Assembly: GCF_000143415.4 (NCBI RefSeq)
Contig: NW_003314316.1
Coordinates: 515,220-579,219, forward strand
Direction: 5' to 3'
Length of the DNA stretch: 64,000 nucleotides
Source of the DNA: Selaginella moellendorffii
Lineage: Eukaryota > Plantae > Lycopodiophyta
Part shown: piece after piece, positions 24,674 to 36,649 of the stretch
How the letters are laid out: each line of letters starts with the position of its first letter
Numbering within the stretch: the first letter of the stretch is position 1
Translations under genes and position numbers: made by a program
Notes under the pieces: generated by a model
What the model saw: only the letters and a program-made list of their open reading frames with translations
Database searches by the model: none
What the model was told of the DNA's origin: nothing

Positions 24674-24884
24674 TGTGCTGTGGCAATGGTGGAGTTTGGA
24701 ATGCAAGGTTTTATAGCATGGAAAGGAGGGTCGGACATGGTGGACCACAGTGACAATGCCCACCTCAACCGAATTGAAATTCTTGGCTTGCACAGTTATT
24801 GTTTACGGAGAGATTTCACCAGCTAGATTTGTCTTTTTGAAAAAGGGTGGTCATACGTCGTGTTCTTATTGATCTGTTTATAGC

Positions 24885-24986
24885 TACAGCAGAGCTGGGG
24901 ACTGCCACCGAGCTTCCACGAGACGATCAAGCAGAATCTCCGGCCAGACGCCATCACTTTCTCAAATATTTTCACCTTTAACAAGA
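24885..24986 (+). pseudogene. Internally deleted 3' fragment of the 8399-10510 PPR gene (or close paralog)
   Basis: Matches ~10079-10167, then jumps to ~10483-10505 (aaatattttcac.tttaacaaga). Confidence 0.75.
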
Positions 24987-25363
24987 GTTTAGACACCTGC
25001 TTACGATTGACTGGAAAGCTTGGCTTGATACAAATCTATGGATGTACGTACGTAAATGAAAAAGCTTCAACCATGCGCACTTGTTGAAATTCGTGCCATA
25101 TGGTAAGTGCTGTGTAATATAAGCTACTGATAATTTTTGGATCAGATGCAAAACCATTACTGCTGCGCTTGGAGTGTTCTCGGACGTATTCGCTGGGCGA
25201 TCGGGAGCCGTGATATTATCATGGAATCGAAGCCCTGTCTTGCTCGATCTTGTCAGGCGTGGTCGATGTCTTTGCGATCTTTCAAGTGAGAAGTGATATA
25301 ATCTTCATTGTCATCAAGTTTTCATAAAGCCAAGATCATGACAGAGATTTTTTTACTTCAATG

Positions 25364-26792
25364 TTAGATAGTTTGTACGCTGCTAGAACACAAACCGGAT
25401 GCCTTCGTAGCAATAGCTTCTATAGCAGTGCGCTCCAGCGTCTCTAAATCCCGAGGATGGGCCAAACACTTGACCAGACCCGGATGAACTACGTGAGCTT
25501 CTCTCGGTACCGGGGGCTTGAACTTCTGGAGCTTCCCATACTCTTGGATCAAGTGAAGCATATAGCCATATACTTGATCCAGACTGAGATCTTCCACTAG
25601 AAACCTCTGTCCCCGAGTAGCGATTGCCTGTGCCTCTCCAGGATGCGACTCCCCCCACTGCCTCGCGTTGGAGATCGATTGACAGAGGTTCCCTTCCCGA
25701 CTTATAGGAACGTAGTGAACTCCAGCTTTCAGATCCCGAGTGAAGAACTCGTAGTAGTCCGAATCGATTGCTAGAACAGTGGAGCCACAGCCCATGATGT
25801 ACTTGTAGCTCGCAGACCATGCGTATCCTTCGGCATAGAGTTTGTATCTGGAGTGGCAATGGCTTTCCAGCTTCCAGTTTTGCAAGTCGCTTTGATCTCG
25901 CCAGTTCTGTCCATGGACGAGCAGCGTCTTATCACCAGTGCTGTTGCAAGCTATGAGTCTCTGCCGGATTTGCGAAGTTCTCGGATCTCCCCTCCACTGC
26001 ACACTGGAGTCTCGATCTTTCCATTCCGCTTGCTGCGTGATTCTCTTGAGTTGGCTCCTCCAAGGCAGGATCTTGTTCTCCGGCCTGCAAGATCAAAAGC
26101 GTTAGCAGTGTTTCAAGCTTAGATCGTCAAGCTTACCATCCCCAAAACGACCAGTCTGGAAATGGGATATCGAAGTGGTTCTTCGTGCTGCAGTAGCCAA
26201 ACAAAGGTGGCGGAGCTTCATCGAAGGCAGACTTGGTGATCTGAGGCCGGTCTTGGCAATTGAAGAAGATATCCACGTCTGGAATCTGGCCGGGAAACCT
26301 CTGTAGCAGCTGCATGATTCCCACAATTGTAAACATCATCCTCGTCTGGAAGCACCTGTAGTAAAGCTCTACGTACAATCGCCCATCCCGGACGATCGCC
26401 CTGAAAGCCGAGTGCTTCCGTGCAGTCTCCAAGTCATGCTCTTGGATCCCTTTCTCTTTCCACGGTGCGAGATCCTCGAAAACCCTGCTGTAGTAAGCAG
26501 GGCATCTCCTGGACTGAAGAGGGAGCGATAAATTCCCGGCTTGGAAGGGAACTGGATCGATTATCAGATTGTTCTCGAGTTGCTGGCACCTGCGCAAGGT
26601 CGGGAGTCTGCCCAGCCTGTGGAAAAAGCTCGGATCCTTGCACCTTTGCCATGGAGGAGGGTGAAGATTGTCACCCGTGAAGCTCTTCACTTGGAACCCG
26701 TTGTATATCGAGAGGATGATCAAGCCGGGCACCAACCATATCAACCGTGTTATCAATCTCTTGCGCTCTCGAAGGAAACGCTTTAGTCCCAT
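25364..26792 (-). CDS. Glycosyltransferase family 90 (CAP10/DUF821, O-glucosyltransferase rumi-like), 2 exons
   Basis: N-terminal TM helix, CPAYY..VFEDLAPW, PDVDIFFNCQDRP, DIPFPDWSFWGW, and RYKLYAEGYAWSASYKYIMGCGS. Confidence 0.92.
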
Positions 26793-26915
26793 ATCTGGAA
26801 GAGAAACAATTTTTAACCGAAAGGATCGAGCCTAATCGGGACATTCACCTTTTGTTCTCCCTTACTTTTTGCCATTATTTTTGGAAGAAATTTCACCCGG
26901 TTTAGCTGCCTGTAG

Positions 26916-29180
26916 CTACGTAGCCGCGGCTTTTCTCTTCAAAGATCTTACGAGTGACGACAGCTCCAGCTTCTCTTTTCTCTCCCGAGGTTTTGGCTCA
27001 TTTCCAGGAGCCTGTCCTTGGAATCGCTTTTGCTGCATCTCGGCAATAGCGCGAAGCTTTGTGGCAGACCTGTTGGAACGAGGAAACATTAGCACAAAGA
27101 AAGAGAAAACAAGCGCACTTGCCTCTTGAACTGAGGATCTGTAGGATCGATGGCAAAGTGGTGCGAGTTGAATAGTGCTGAAAACCTGGGATCGTTGAAG
27201 TCTGTCTTGGCTAGCAGCTCTTCATTCTTTGCATCCGATTCCTTGGCTTTGGCTTTGGACCTCTTCTTGCCTTTCTTTAGATTGTAGCCTTTCACGCCAC
27301 CTTTCCCACCGTTTTCGTCCAGGAGCAGAAGTTCTAGCTCTGCCTTGCGCCGTTCGTCCTCCTTCTTTTTCAGCTCCCTTTCTTCTCTATTTTTCTTCCT
27401 TTCGTCTTTGTCCACTTTCCTCGGTACTATCTTCTCGTCCTCGGATTCGGAGGCACCATCAGCCTCGCGCTCTGGATCCGATTCGAAAAATGGATCATTA
27501 AATCCATCTTCATCAGCAGCAACCGCGGTTTTCTCATCTGTTTCGTCGTGTTTCTCTTTCTTCTTCCTGTCCAGCCTTTTCTCCTTTTTCCTTCTCAGTT
27601 GTGCCTCCCAGACGGTCTCTTCCTTCTCGTCTCTGTTCTTCTTGTTGCGTTCAAGGTACTTCTTGTTCAGTTCCTCAAGGCCACTTGGGAAAGTTATTTC
27701 CATGTCCACGTCCTTTTTTTTCTTGGAATCCGGTGCCTCATCTGGGTTATCGAGAAGCAAAGATCTGAACTTTTCCCTTCTACTCTCGTCGTCTTCGTCT
27801 TCATCTTCAGAAGCTAGATAGGCCTTGAAATCCATCTCTTTGAGCTGCAGGAACCAACTCTTGTTAAATCGAAATGCTTGGTACAATTAGACAAACCTCA
27901 TCGGGATCAAATTTCTTTCGCAAGCTTTTTGCGCGGACCGGTTCATCATCGTCCCAGGTGAGCTTTACGTTGCTTAGCTGCAGAGCTGCCGTTTGGAAAT
28001 CTGGAGCTTCGTACCCTTCTTCAATCTGGCACAGAAGACGTCACAATGTTTTTGTAAGAAAACAATACTATGGTACCTGAGACGCAACATCTCGTGGTTC
28101 AACTGTGAACTCCCTGTCATCCGGAACGAACTGCAAATCCAGAATATTTGATGTTCGCTCAAACTCGATCCCGTCACAAGCGGTGTACAAAGCTGATGCC
28201 GTGCTAACAGAGTCGCAAGTCACCACCGCGAAGTAATATCTGCATCCACACCAACCAATCAGCCAACCGACAAAGAAAAAAAAAATCGCAAACCTGAGCT
28301 TTGATTTCTCGTATGCTCTCAGCTTCTCCATGTCGAGCTCATCTTCCTGGTCGTCATCCTGTTTTGAGTTGAAAAGTGCTGGACCATGAACCTCCTCCTT
28401 TTTCATTTGCTCCAGACCAAACTGAGATGGATAGACAGCAACCAACGCTATACTACCACCTTTTGGAAGGAAGGAATTGAATACCATCAACAAATCTAAA
28501 GCCTGTACAAGAACAACACAATCAGGGAGTGAGATTCAAAGAAAAGATATACCTTGATACAGCTCCAGTCCATGTTTACCACTGCCAATCTTCTCGTCTC
28601 TTTGTCAGTAGTGGCAACTTTCTCCTCCTTGAATGGAAAAGGAAAGAAGTAAACCGAAGTAATCAACACGAATGCTCAGTAGTAGGACGATCGAACATAC
28701 CTCTTCTTCTTCCTCTTCTTCTTCTCCAGAATCATCAACATCCGAGCTCGATGATTCCGACGACGATGACTCGCTAGCTCCATCATCAGAAGAATCGGAT
28801 GCTTCCTTCAAGGCTGCATTCCTCTCAACTCCTCCATCTTCTTCCACATCGACGCTTCCCTCTTTATCCTTGAGACCCTCCTCGGGAGCCGGCGTAGCAG
28901 CAGCAGCATCGTCGATTCTATAATATCGCTCAAGCGTGTGCTTCTTCTTCTCCTTCTTTTTCACAGGCCTACCTCGCTTGTCTAGGCTGAAAGGATCGAC
29001 AAATGCCTTGTCCGTGAACATCCGCTGGAAGCGAGGATCCAGCGGCAGCCGGAGCCGCGATTTCGGCAGCTTCTGGAAGCGCGGATCCGAATGCAAGCCT
29101 GCGAATCGAGGATCATCGATGACCGGCGCCTCATCCTTGCGCCTCCGCTTGGCATCGCCCCCGCGATCCTTGCTCTTCAT
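26916..29180 (-). CDS. ESF1: Pre-rRNA-processing protein ESF1 (NUC153 domain), multi-exon
   Basis: DPRF..LHSDPRF, DKRGR, VYPSQFGLEQMKKEEVHGP, RYYFAVVTCD, DLQFVPD, DFKAYLAS, and DPRFSALFNSHHFAIDPTDPQFK. Last intron is GC-AG. Confidence 0.93.
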
Positions 29181-29288
29181 TCTCTCCGTTGCCAAAAACC
29201 CTAATTCTCACAAATCCTAGAAGTCGCGGGTTCGATTCCTGGCCCAAGAGGCTAAGAACCCTAGAAACAGGGACCTTATCAAAATTCC

Positions 29289-29984
29289 ATGGCGATGGCT
29301 ATGGAGGCCACTCTCGCGGCATCGATCGCCAATGCTGGTACCCTTGGCGCCTCCGCCTCGGAGATATGGAGCCCCTGCTGCTCGCGGCAGCGGATCCAGG
29401 CGGCGCCAATGCGGCGGGGATCGCTGCTGCACGTGGAGATGGCGATCAGCCGCAGGAAGAAGGAGGAGACGGTCGAGAAGGTAAAGCAGCAGCTAGAGAC
29501 GAGCTACCTGGTGGCCGGAGTGAAATACAAGGGCCTCACGGTCCAGCAGATGCAAAATCTCCGGAGGAGCCTCCCGGAATCGACCAAGCTCATCGTCGCC
29601 AAGAACACTCTGGTGGGCAAGGCGATCGAAGGGACAAAGTGGGAGGCTCTCAAGCCTTGCCTCAAAGGCATGAATGCGTGGCTCTTCGTCCACACGGAGG
29701 AGATCCCGTCGGCCTTGAAGCCATACCGCACGTTCCAAAAGGAGCTCAAGCTGGAAGACAACGATTTCACTGGAGCGGTGTTTGAAGGGAAGTTCTACGC
29801 GCCCGAGGAGTTCAAGCAGCTGGAGACGATGCCCACTCGAGCGGATGTTTATGCGAAGTTGCTGGGCGTTCTCAAATCGCCATCTTCCAAAGTTGTGGGA
29901 GTTCTCCAAGCTCCGGCCAGGAAGCTACTGCTCACGCTCAAGGCCTACGTCCAAAAGCTAGAAGAGGAAGAATCAAAGTCGTGA
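29289..29984 (+). CDS. RPL10: Plastid 50S ribosomal protein L10 (uL10c)
   Basis: Transit peptide, then AISRRKKEETVE…YKGLTVQQ…VAKNTL…LKGMNAWLFVHTEEIP. Confidence 0.95.
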   Translation: MAMAMEATLAASIANAGTLGASASEIWSPCCSRQRIQAAPMRRGSLLHVEMAISRRKKEETVEKVKQQLETSYLVAGVKYKGLTVQQMQNLRRSLPESTKLIVAKNTLVGKAIEGTKWEALKPCLKGMNAWLFVHTEEIPSALKPYRTFQKELKLEDNDFTGAVFEGKFYAPEEFKQLETMPTRADVYAKLLGVLKSPSSKVVGVLQAPARKLLLTLKAYVQKLEEEESKS

Positions 29985-32249
29985 GTCCTCAAGAGAGAAA
30001 AAGCGCAAACTTTCATGCGCCAGTGGAACCTTGGATTGAGCCAAGGCATTTATGGCTTTGTTATTCACCTCCTTTGGAAGCTCAGTTCTTTGGATTTTGA
30101 TGATATACTTCAAGTTTTAAACTTCTAAGTTTTATAATAACAAATCTATATGAATATATTTAATATAAAAGTATTTAAAAATGATTATTTTTATTTATTG
30201 TAAAATGTTATAATAATATGTGTTAACCAGTAGGAAAAATAAATTTAAAATCATATTAAAACACAATATGTGAGTGCTTGGGCCAAGTGGTGAAATTAAT
30301 TGTAATAATCATATAATTTAATAATACATGGATTAGCCCTTAACAATTGCCCAGTATAGTTTATTTTAATAGTCTTTTATTATTTATTGATTTTTATATT
30401 TTAATCTACATTTAAAATATTTTTGAATTTTGGTATATTTTTTAAATAATTTATAAGTTCAAGATGAAGCCCAAACTCAAGTTTAGTAATATAAAGTGTT
30501 TTTGGTTTGCTTAAGCAAACCTGTAAGGGGACTAAAATGGTAATAAATATATCTAGAATATACTTGGATATTATAGAATATCTTGTAATTTTTATTCTTA
30601 TAAACATGTTTATAATTTATAAATTTTCTTAAACACTTTCTAGTATATTCTTTTTTGTTTTCTTAAACAATCCTGGGATAATAGTGGATATACCTAAAAT
30701 ATGCTTAGATATTCTAGGATATTCTACCATCTAATGGTTATTATTCATTTAGATTAATCTTGTATTTATAATTTATAAACTTTCATAAACCCTTTCTAGT
30801 ATATTCTTTTTTATTCTATCATCTAATAGTTGATATGCAATAAGATTAATCTTGTGTTTACAAATTACAAACATGTTTATAATTACAAACTTTATTTGAT
30901 CAATTGGATTAACAAGTAAGAATAACACTACTATTAAGCAAAGCAAACATTGTTACATGCAACGTGTAACAATTTATTTAAACATTTTAAAAAACTTTTA
31001 AATTTTGTAGTTATTACACTTCTTTCATAATTTAGTCTACCAAACCTAAACTTTATTTATAAAATTAGATAAATTAAAACAACTCATTTATTTTTATTTC
31101 ATCTAAGAATAGAACTTGATTTAATGCTAAAAATTAATTTTTTAAAGAAAAAGATAAATGTATTAGTGTCTATAAATTCATATCACAATATAAATGTTTT
31201 TGTTAAATTTATATTTTTTCTTAAATATTAAATATCTCAGTTTTTATTCATAGCTATGATTTATATTTATCTTTTTGGAAATAACATTGTGTTTGTGACC
31301 ATAAAATTAAAACAATATTCAAATAATAAAAACATTCATCCCTCAGTACACCATACATAATAAATTTAAAATAGTTTTATATTAATAATATTAATAACTA
31401 TAATAAGATTATATAAATTAAAATTTATTTATTATATTTAATATTGGAAAGTTATAAATTTTATATCTTTTATCTTTTAGAAACATATTTATAATAATTA
31501 AAGTTTTAATATTTATAATATATTTTTACAATTTAAGTTTTAATTTTTATAGTTTTGTAAACTTTGTATGAATATGAGATCCTTAATCACTATAAATTAA
31601 TATATTATAGAGTTGCAATAAATATCATATTAAAATGTCAGTGTTATGTAGACTTCGTAGTCTATGACTCTCGAGAATACTCTTGACCTTACAATGGTAT
31701 GTGTAGAACTTTACAGGCAGTTTGTTCATCATATCACGTTTATGATGATCCATACTCATGCAACTAAGTGTATGGCTCCAAGTAAGTTGATTTTACGGCT
31801 TTTAGTAGCGCCCTTTAGGGAGTTTGCTTCTGCAGTGGCGAGCTAGAGTTTCAATATTATAATTTTGCATCAGCAATATACTCACATTTGGCATCTCCCA
31901 TCACTGACATAATTGTGATGAATCTGTTGGCTATTTGGAAAAACTGTCACTATCAGGTGTTCATCACGATCTTTTATGCACTTTTTTCATGCATTGTGAG
32001 CAGGCCTACATGCTTGTGTTCCTGGTTGACAAGGCAAACAAGTCGACGAGGAGCAATAGTGTGCCAATGATTCTGAAATTAGTAAAAAAGACAAGCCAAG
32101 CAGTGTAAATTCATGTGAGCTGCAAAACAATTATGTTAAAACTTTTATTCGTTTTCTGAGACTTTAGTATCTTCTTTGTCAAACTTCCCAGTGTCACTAG
32201 AACTTGAGGTGGAAAGAACTTCCCAATGTCACTGCAACTTGAAATGCAT

Positions 32250-33170
32250 GTCCCCTGTTAGTTGGCCATAAAAGCACAATATGCCAACAGATGGTGCTGG
32301 TACTACAACCCTGGCAGATGCTACTGCCATACCAGTGGATGCTGCTAGTGGTTGCCAGTGCTGATCCACAAATTTGAGCAACACATTAACAATTTGCTCA
32401 TGCTGTGATGCAATATATGAAGCTACATCTGTGAAGCTCCTTCATCTACCGGGACATCTGTGCCTTCAAAGTTTTGAATAGTTTGAGGCACGTGCATCTG
32501 TCATTTCTTCTGGGTGGCGATATGATCGCAAACTTGGAGATGAGCATCCTCTATTGTCAGGACGTGAGCAGGCACAGTTCCTGTGCACTAGCGTGGCAAA
32601 CATCAAGCAATATGGAGTGATTTGCGCCTTGATGGAGCTGGCGCTTATCATCCTGTATCGAGTTATCCAAGGGACTTGTATTAGCTGCTCAGTGAATCAG
32701 AGACGGTGTTCTGCAATGCATTGTCAAATGTCCTGGAGGATTGGCTGAAGAACAAGAGCCGCACGCAATGGCTGGTTGAAAGGGTGATGATTGAAAGTTT
32801 CCGTAAGAACGTCGACAGAAAAGTCTCAGGGGTGAAGGCATACCAGTCAAATTTTGGCGTGGTCCATATAGTCTGGAAATGGCAAAACACCATCTGGATC
32901 AATGTTGGACTTATGCTGCCCATAGATCCTCTCTAGAAGCATTTCTAGAAACTCCTACGATGACATGAACAACCACTCCAGCCAAGTTTGTATGATTTGT
33001 CCACCCTGAACACATTGTAAATGCCATTTGCTGTTGGTGTTTTACACTCTGCAATCAAGGACATGAGAAGAGGCAGTGTAGTATTGGAAGTCTTTTTGGC
33101 CCACAGATTGAAATTCTTGGCTTGAAGAAACTCATCCATTTCTTGGTGCTGAAAAAGCCAGCCGGATCCA
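32250..33170 (-). pseudogene. Rearranged relic of NTPase-REase-like gene A (copy 1): internal inversion and 5' deletion
   Basis: 32270-32515 and 33010-33170 are colinear with 43555-43820 and 44470-44662. 32516-33010 is the reverse complement of ~43812-44425. Confidence 0.85.
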
Positions 33171-33193
33171 AAATACATTTAGGGTTCTATCTA

Positions 33194-34861
33194 ATGGAGG
33201 TTGACGCTAGGCAGCTTCATAGTGCTCTTAGAGGCCGCTACACGGACTTCAGCCGAGGCTGGCACGAAGCTGTCCCATGGCCGGAGCTCCTCGACTCGTG
33301 CCCCTCTTTCTGCTGCCTAGGCCGGCCGTCCGTGGCTCTCATTACAGGTATGCTCCGCCGGTGCTTCAAATACAAAGACTTGGTGCTCGCTGGTAGCCTG
33401 GGCTCGGGAAAGTCTCACCTTTTAGCCATGGCCGTCTGTGAGCACTACCAAAGCGGCCTCCAGGAGACCCATCGCATCGTCGCGCTCTTATTCCACGACG
33501 AGGTGCCCACCAGCCCGCCCGCCGCTCTGGAGCTTGTGATTCGGGCCCTGCTGCTCGCCTACGCGGACGACGAGGGCAGGATGCGGGTGATTCTCGATCT
33601 TCGCTGCTGGCGGGACGTGGGATTGTTTTTGACGTCTAACCGCCCGATCCTCGTGGTTGACCGGTGGGAGGAAATAGAGCTTGGCAATGGCGAAGTCCAC
33701 CGCCGCATGGTGGAGCTGCTATGGATGACAACCTTTCTCAAGTGCGTGAACTGTTCCGGCTCGCAGGCGCGGCGCATGTTTAACGATCCAACCGAGTTCT
33801 ACAACGTTTTCAGTCCCGACGAGACGCTCCAGTACCTTGGGAAGTGGCTGGACGTCAAGAGAATTGATGAAGAGCTGCTTCGACGGGTCATGTGCCTCAC
33901 AGGTGGCCTCCCGCTCTTCGTGTGGTACTTTGTGGAATCCATCATGCAAGCCAACAACAAAGGATCCTCATCGTCATCGTCATCGTCATCCGGCTCACAC
34001 TGGCGAGCAGCAGTGCGTGGGTTCATGCAAAAAGAATGGGTGGCGAAGATGCGGACGACGATTGGCAGCTGCGAGGACACTAGCCGGTTCGCGCAGTTCG
34101 TGAGCTTTGGACTGCAGGCAAACACGGGGCACTGCTCCGATATCGACATCCGTTTCCTCGTTCGGGATTCCAAGTGGGTGCTTCACCCCGTCTCGGACTA
34201 CGCCAGGGACATTTACTGGACGTGCCTGCAACGAAGGAACCTGCTGCATAAGTGTGAACCTGTCTTCTGCAATGCTGTGTATGATTCACTGAGGGACGTG
34301 CATGGGAATACAGACCGGCTCGAGTGGCTGCTCAAAAAGCTAATCATCGGGGCATTCGAAGATACGCCTATCTTTCCTCAGCGTTTGACGCGCTCGAGAC
34401 AATATCAGCCGCTGGAGCTCTTTTGGGACAAGATCGACGGCAGAGTGTCGGGGGTAAAGGCGTACGCTCCAGAAGCAGACACCAGTCTACCGTTAGTAGA
34501 CTTTGTGGTGAAAAAAGGCCGCTCTCGGGAACCCGGGGAAGAAATAACACTGGGAAGGATATCGGCTGGTTCATATGCTTACGGAAGTGATGATCTTGTT
34601 CATAGGTTGCCCGGTGACAACATTTGGACGTCAGCAGCAGCAAAGGCATGCAAGTGGAAATTTGTGTGGATTCTGCTGCCATGGCAGATCCAGGGGTTTA
34701 CGCCGCGGACGCATTCGTTCCTCGGGGGTGTGATGGAGGAGATTGCAGTGGGCTTGGACGACGTTGCAAAGCACTTGAGAGGGACTTCACATGATCCTGT
34801 GTCTAACGTAATCGACGACTATATCGCTGCGGTAAGGCGTGCCTTTTCCTCCTCACTATAA
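33194..34861 (+). CDS. STAND-like P-loop NTPase + PD-(D/E)xK/Crinkler-REase-like protein B (copy 1)
   Basis: Intronless ORF with Walker A GSLGSGKS, Walker B RPILVVD, TGGLPL, and C-terminal YAP…PLVDFVV…LGRIS…WKFVWILLP. Confidence 0.75.
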   Translation: MEVDARQLHSALRGRYTDFSRGWHEAVPWPELLDSCPSFCCLGRPSVALITGMLRRCFKYKDLVLAGSLGSGKSHLLAMAVCEHYQSGLQETHRIVALLFHDEVPTSPPAALELVIRALLLAYADDEGRMRVILDLRCWRDVGLFLTSNRPILVVDRWEEIELGNGEVHRRMVELLWMTTFLKCVNCSGSQARRMFNDPTEFYNVFSPDETLQYLGKWLDVKRIDEELLRRVMCLTGGLPLFVWYFVESIMQANNKGSSSSSSSSSGSHWRAAVRGFMQKEWVAKMRTTIGSCEDTSRFAQFVSFGLQANTGHCSDIDIRFLVRDSKWVLHPVSDYARDIYWTCLQRRNLLHKCEPVFCNAVYDSLRDVHGNTDRLEWLLKKLIIGAFEDTPIFPQRLTRSRQYQPLELFWDKIDGRVSGVKAYAPEADTSLPLVDFVVKKGRSREPGEEITLGRISAGSYAYGSDDLVHRLPGDNIWTSAAAKACKWKFVWILLPWQIQGFTPRTHSFLGGVMEEIAVGLDDVAKHLRGTSHDPVSNVIDDYIAAVRRAFSSSL

Positions 34862-35026
34862 ACTGAATGCCTCCTTGTTTTACAGATGCGAAGACTGATT
34901 TTCTAGCTTTGACAAGACCTCGGTCGGGCCGGATGTCCAACTCTGGGACGCGTTTTCTCCACGCCAGGTACTTGATCTTTCTTCGATTCACGTATGGAAT
35001 AGAAGCATTTGTAGGTCTCTCAAGGC

Positions 35027-35790
35027 TCATACTGCCCGCTCATGTTCAGCCACCATTGCCAGAGCAATCCCAGCGCCGCGCAGGTCCATGGCGAGCAGGA
35101 ATCCGAGGCCAATGTGGAGGACAATCCCGGCAGTGAAGGCGATGGTCATTGGCAGTGTGTCGCTCTGGCAGCGCAGGAAGATCCGCAGGGGAGTGATCAC
35201 GGCCTGGAGGAACAGATCCGGGAGGAGAAATTTCAAGAATCTTGCTGAGGCGCGGGCCAGGGATGGATCTTGGCCCAAGAAGATCAAGAATCTCTCAACG
35301 CTGTAGAGCCAGGCGAGGGCGATTGGAATTCACGCCAGGAGCAACATGAGGATCGCATTTTGGAGCGCTGAGGCCATGAGATCCATCCGCCCGGCGCCGA
35401 ATGCCTGGCTGCAAATCGGCTCCATTCCAGTGGCGAGGCCGAGGAGGATCGAGTAGCCAGTGACATTGGAGAAGGTGAGAGCTAGGGCTCCTCCCGCGAG
35501 CTCCACGCCGCCCAGCCGGCCCAGGAAGAGCGTGGTGGCGAGGAATTTGGCGAACCAGATGAGATTCATGGCCATGATGGCGGAATTGCATGGCGAGCTC
35601 GGCGCGAATCGCTGGAATTCCAATCTGGAACAGAGAATTTCTTGCATCATCTCCTCCTCCTCCTCCTTCAATCTGGATTTTCTGTTTTTCCACCAAACTC
35701 AAATCTACTGGATTTCTCTCTCTGGGGAAGAGAATGCCAGAGTGTTCATCGGCAAAATCTTCCTCCTCCTCCTCTTCCCCTTCATCTTCT
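35027..35790 (-). pseudogene. MATE/DTX transporter pseudogene, 3'-truncated
   Basis: AMNLIWFAK…FLGRLGGVELAGGALALTFSNVTGYSILLGLATGMEPICSQAFGA…LGQDP…PLRIFLRCQ. Frameshift near 35575, TGA at 35330, second half missing. Confidence 0.88.
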
Positions 35791-36649
35791 TCTCCTTCTC
35801 GACAGAGAACCAAGATTGCATTGAGCGCGCCAAGAACCCTAAATTCTCTTTGAACATCAACAACCTCAAACAGCGTGTGAAGGGGACACAGGAACAACGG
35901 TTTGGCCCAGCCACGCCAGCCCTACACACGAACAAGACGAAGCTTCCCGGTATGACTGCCGTAAAGACCGTGTTTTTCAGTCAATGAGTCGCGGGCAGTC
36001 AAAGGTAGAAAGAGGAAAGAAAAAGCTCCTTTACACATTCCAAGAAACATGCCAACTTGTCCCAACTAGCTCTGCAAAACTCTGAAACTTTCTAGTTTGG
36101 CACCTCCTCTGGCGATCAAACCACTGCAAGAACAGCATTGAATTGTGAACGATCGCCTCAATTTGGAATTCACCCAGGAGCTGAACTTACTTGAACCAGC
36201 GGTCCTGCAGCATTCTCCCAGCATGTCAATGTAAAACTGACACTTCGATCTGTTAAAACACAAGAAAAAAGATGATGATCTTATACAAATATGAAAGTGC
36301 AAACATGAATTATGTGTGAGACTTACATCCTAGAACGCTTTTAATTGTTTGAGGCATGCATCACTGCCAGAACTCGTTGGCTGAGACAGAGCTTCTGTGG
36401 GAGCTTTTGCAGGAGTATTGTTAAATTAGGGTATACATCGACAAGGATGTTGATATTCTTAATGGAATGCGAATGTAACTTTGGGTATCAAAAAGTATTT
36501 ATTAATTATTCTTTTTGGGCATTCTCTTTTTACTACCATAACTTTAGTAGATTAATACTATTGATTCCTTTTGTTAATTTTTGCTCAAGCTAGTTAAGAA
36601 ACTAGTTAGTACATGTGCACTTAAACCAGAAAGGCACTAATAGAAAACA

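Noticed and set aside
30050-31650. AT-rich tract with small direct repeats (30609-30657 vs 30764-30811) as a MITE
   Set aside because: No terminal inverted repeats or TSD identifiable by eye.
33194-34861. Calling gene B a canonical NLR
   Set aside because: No TIR/CC/RPW8 N-terminus, no MHD motif and no LRR; only generic STAND-like motifs are shared.
34895-34916. CTAG near the end of the duplicated NTPase unit as a Helitron 3' end
   Set aside because: No upstream GC hairpin, the next base is C rather than T, and similarity continues past it.
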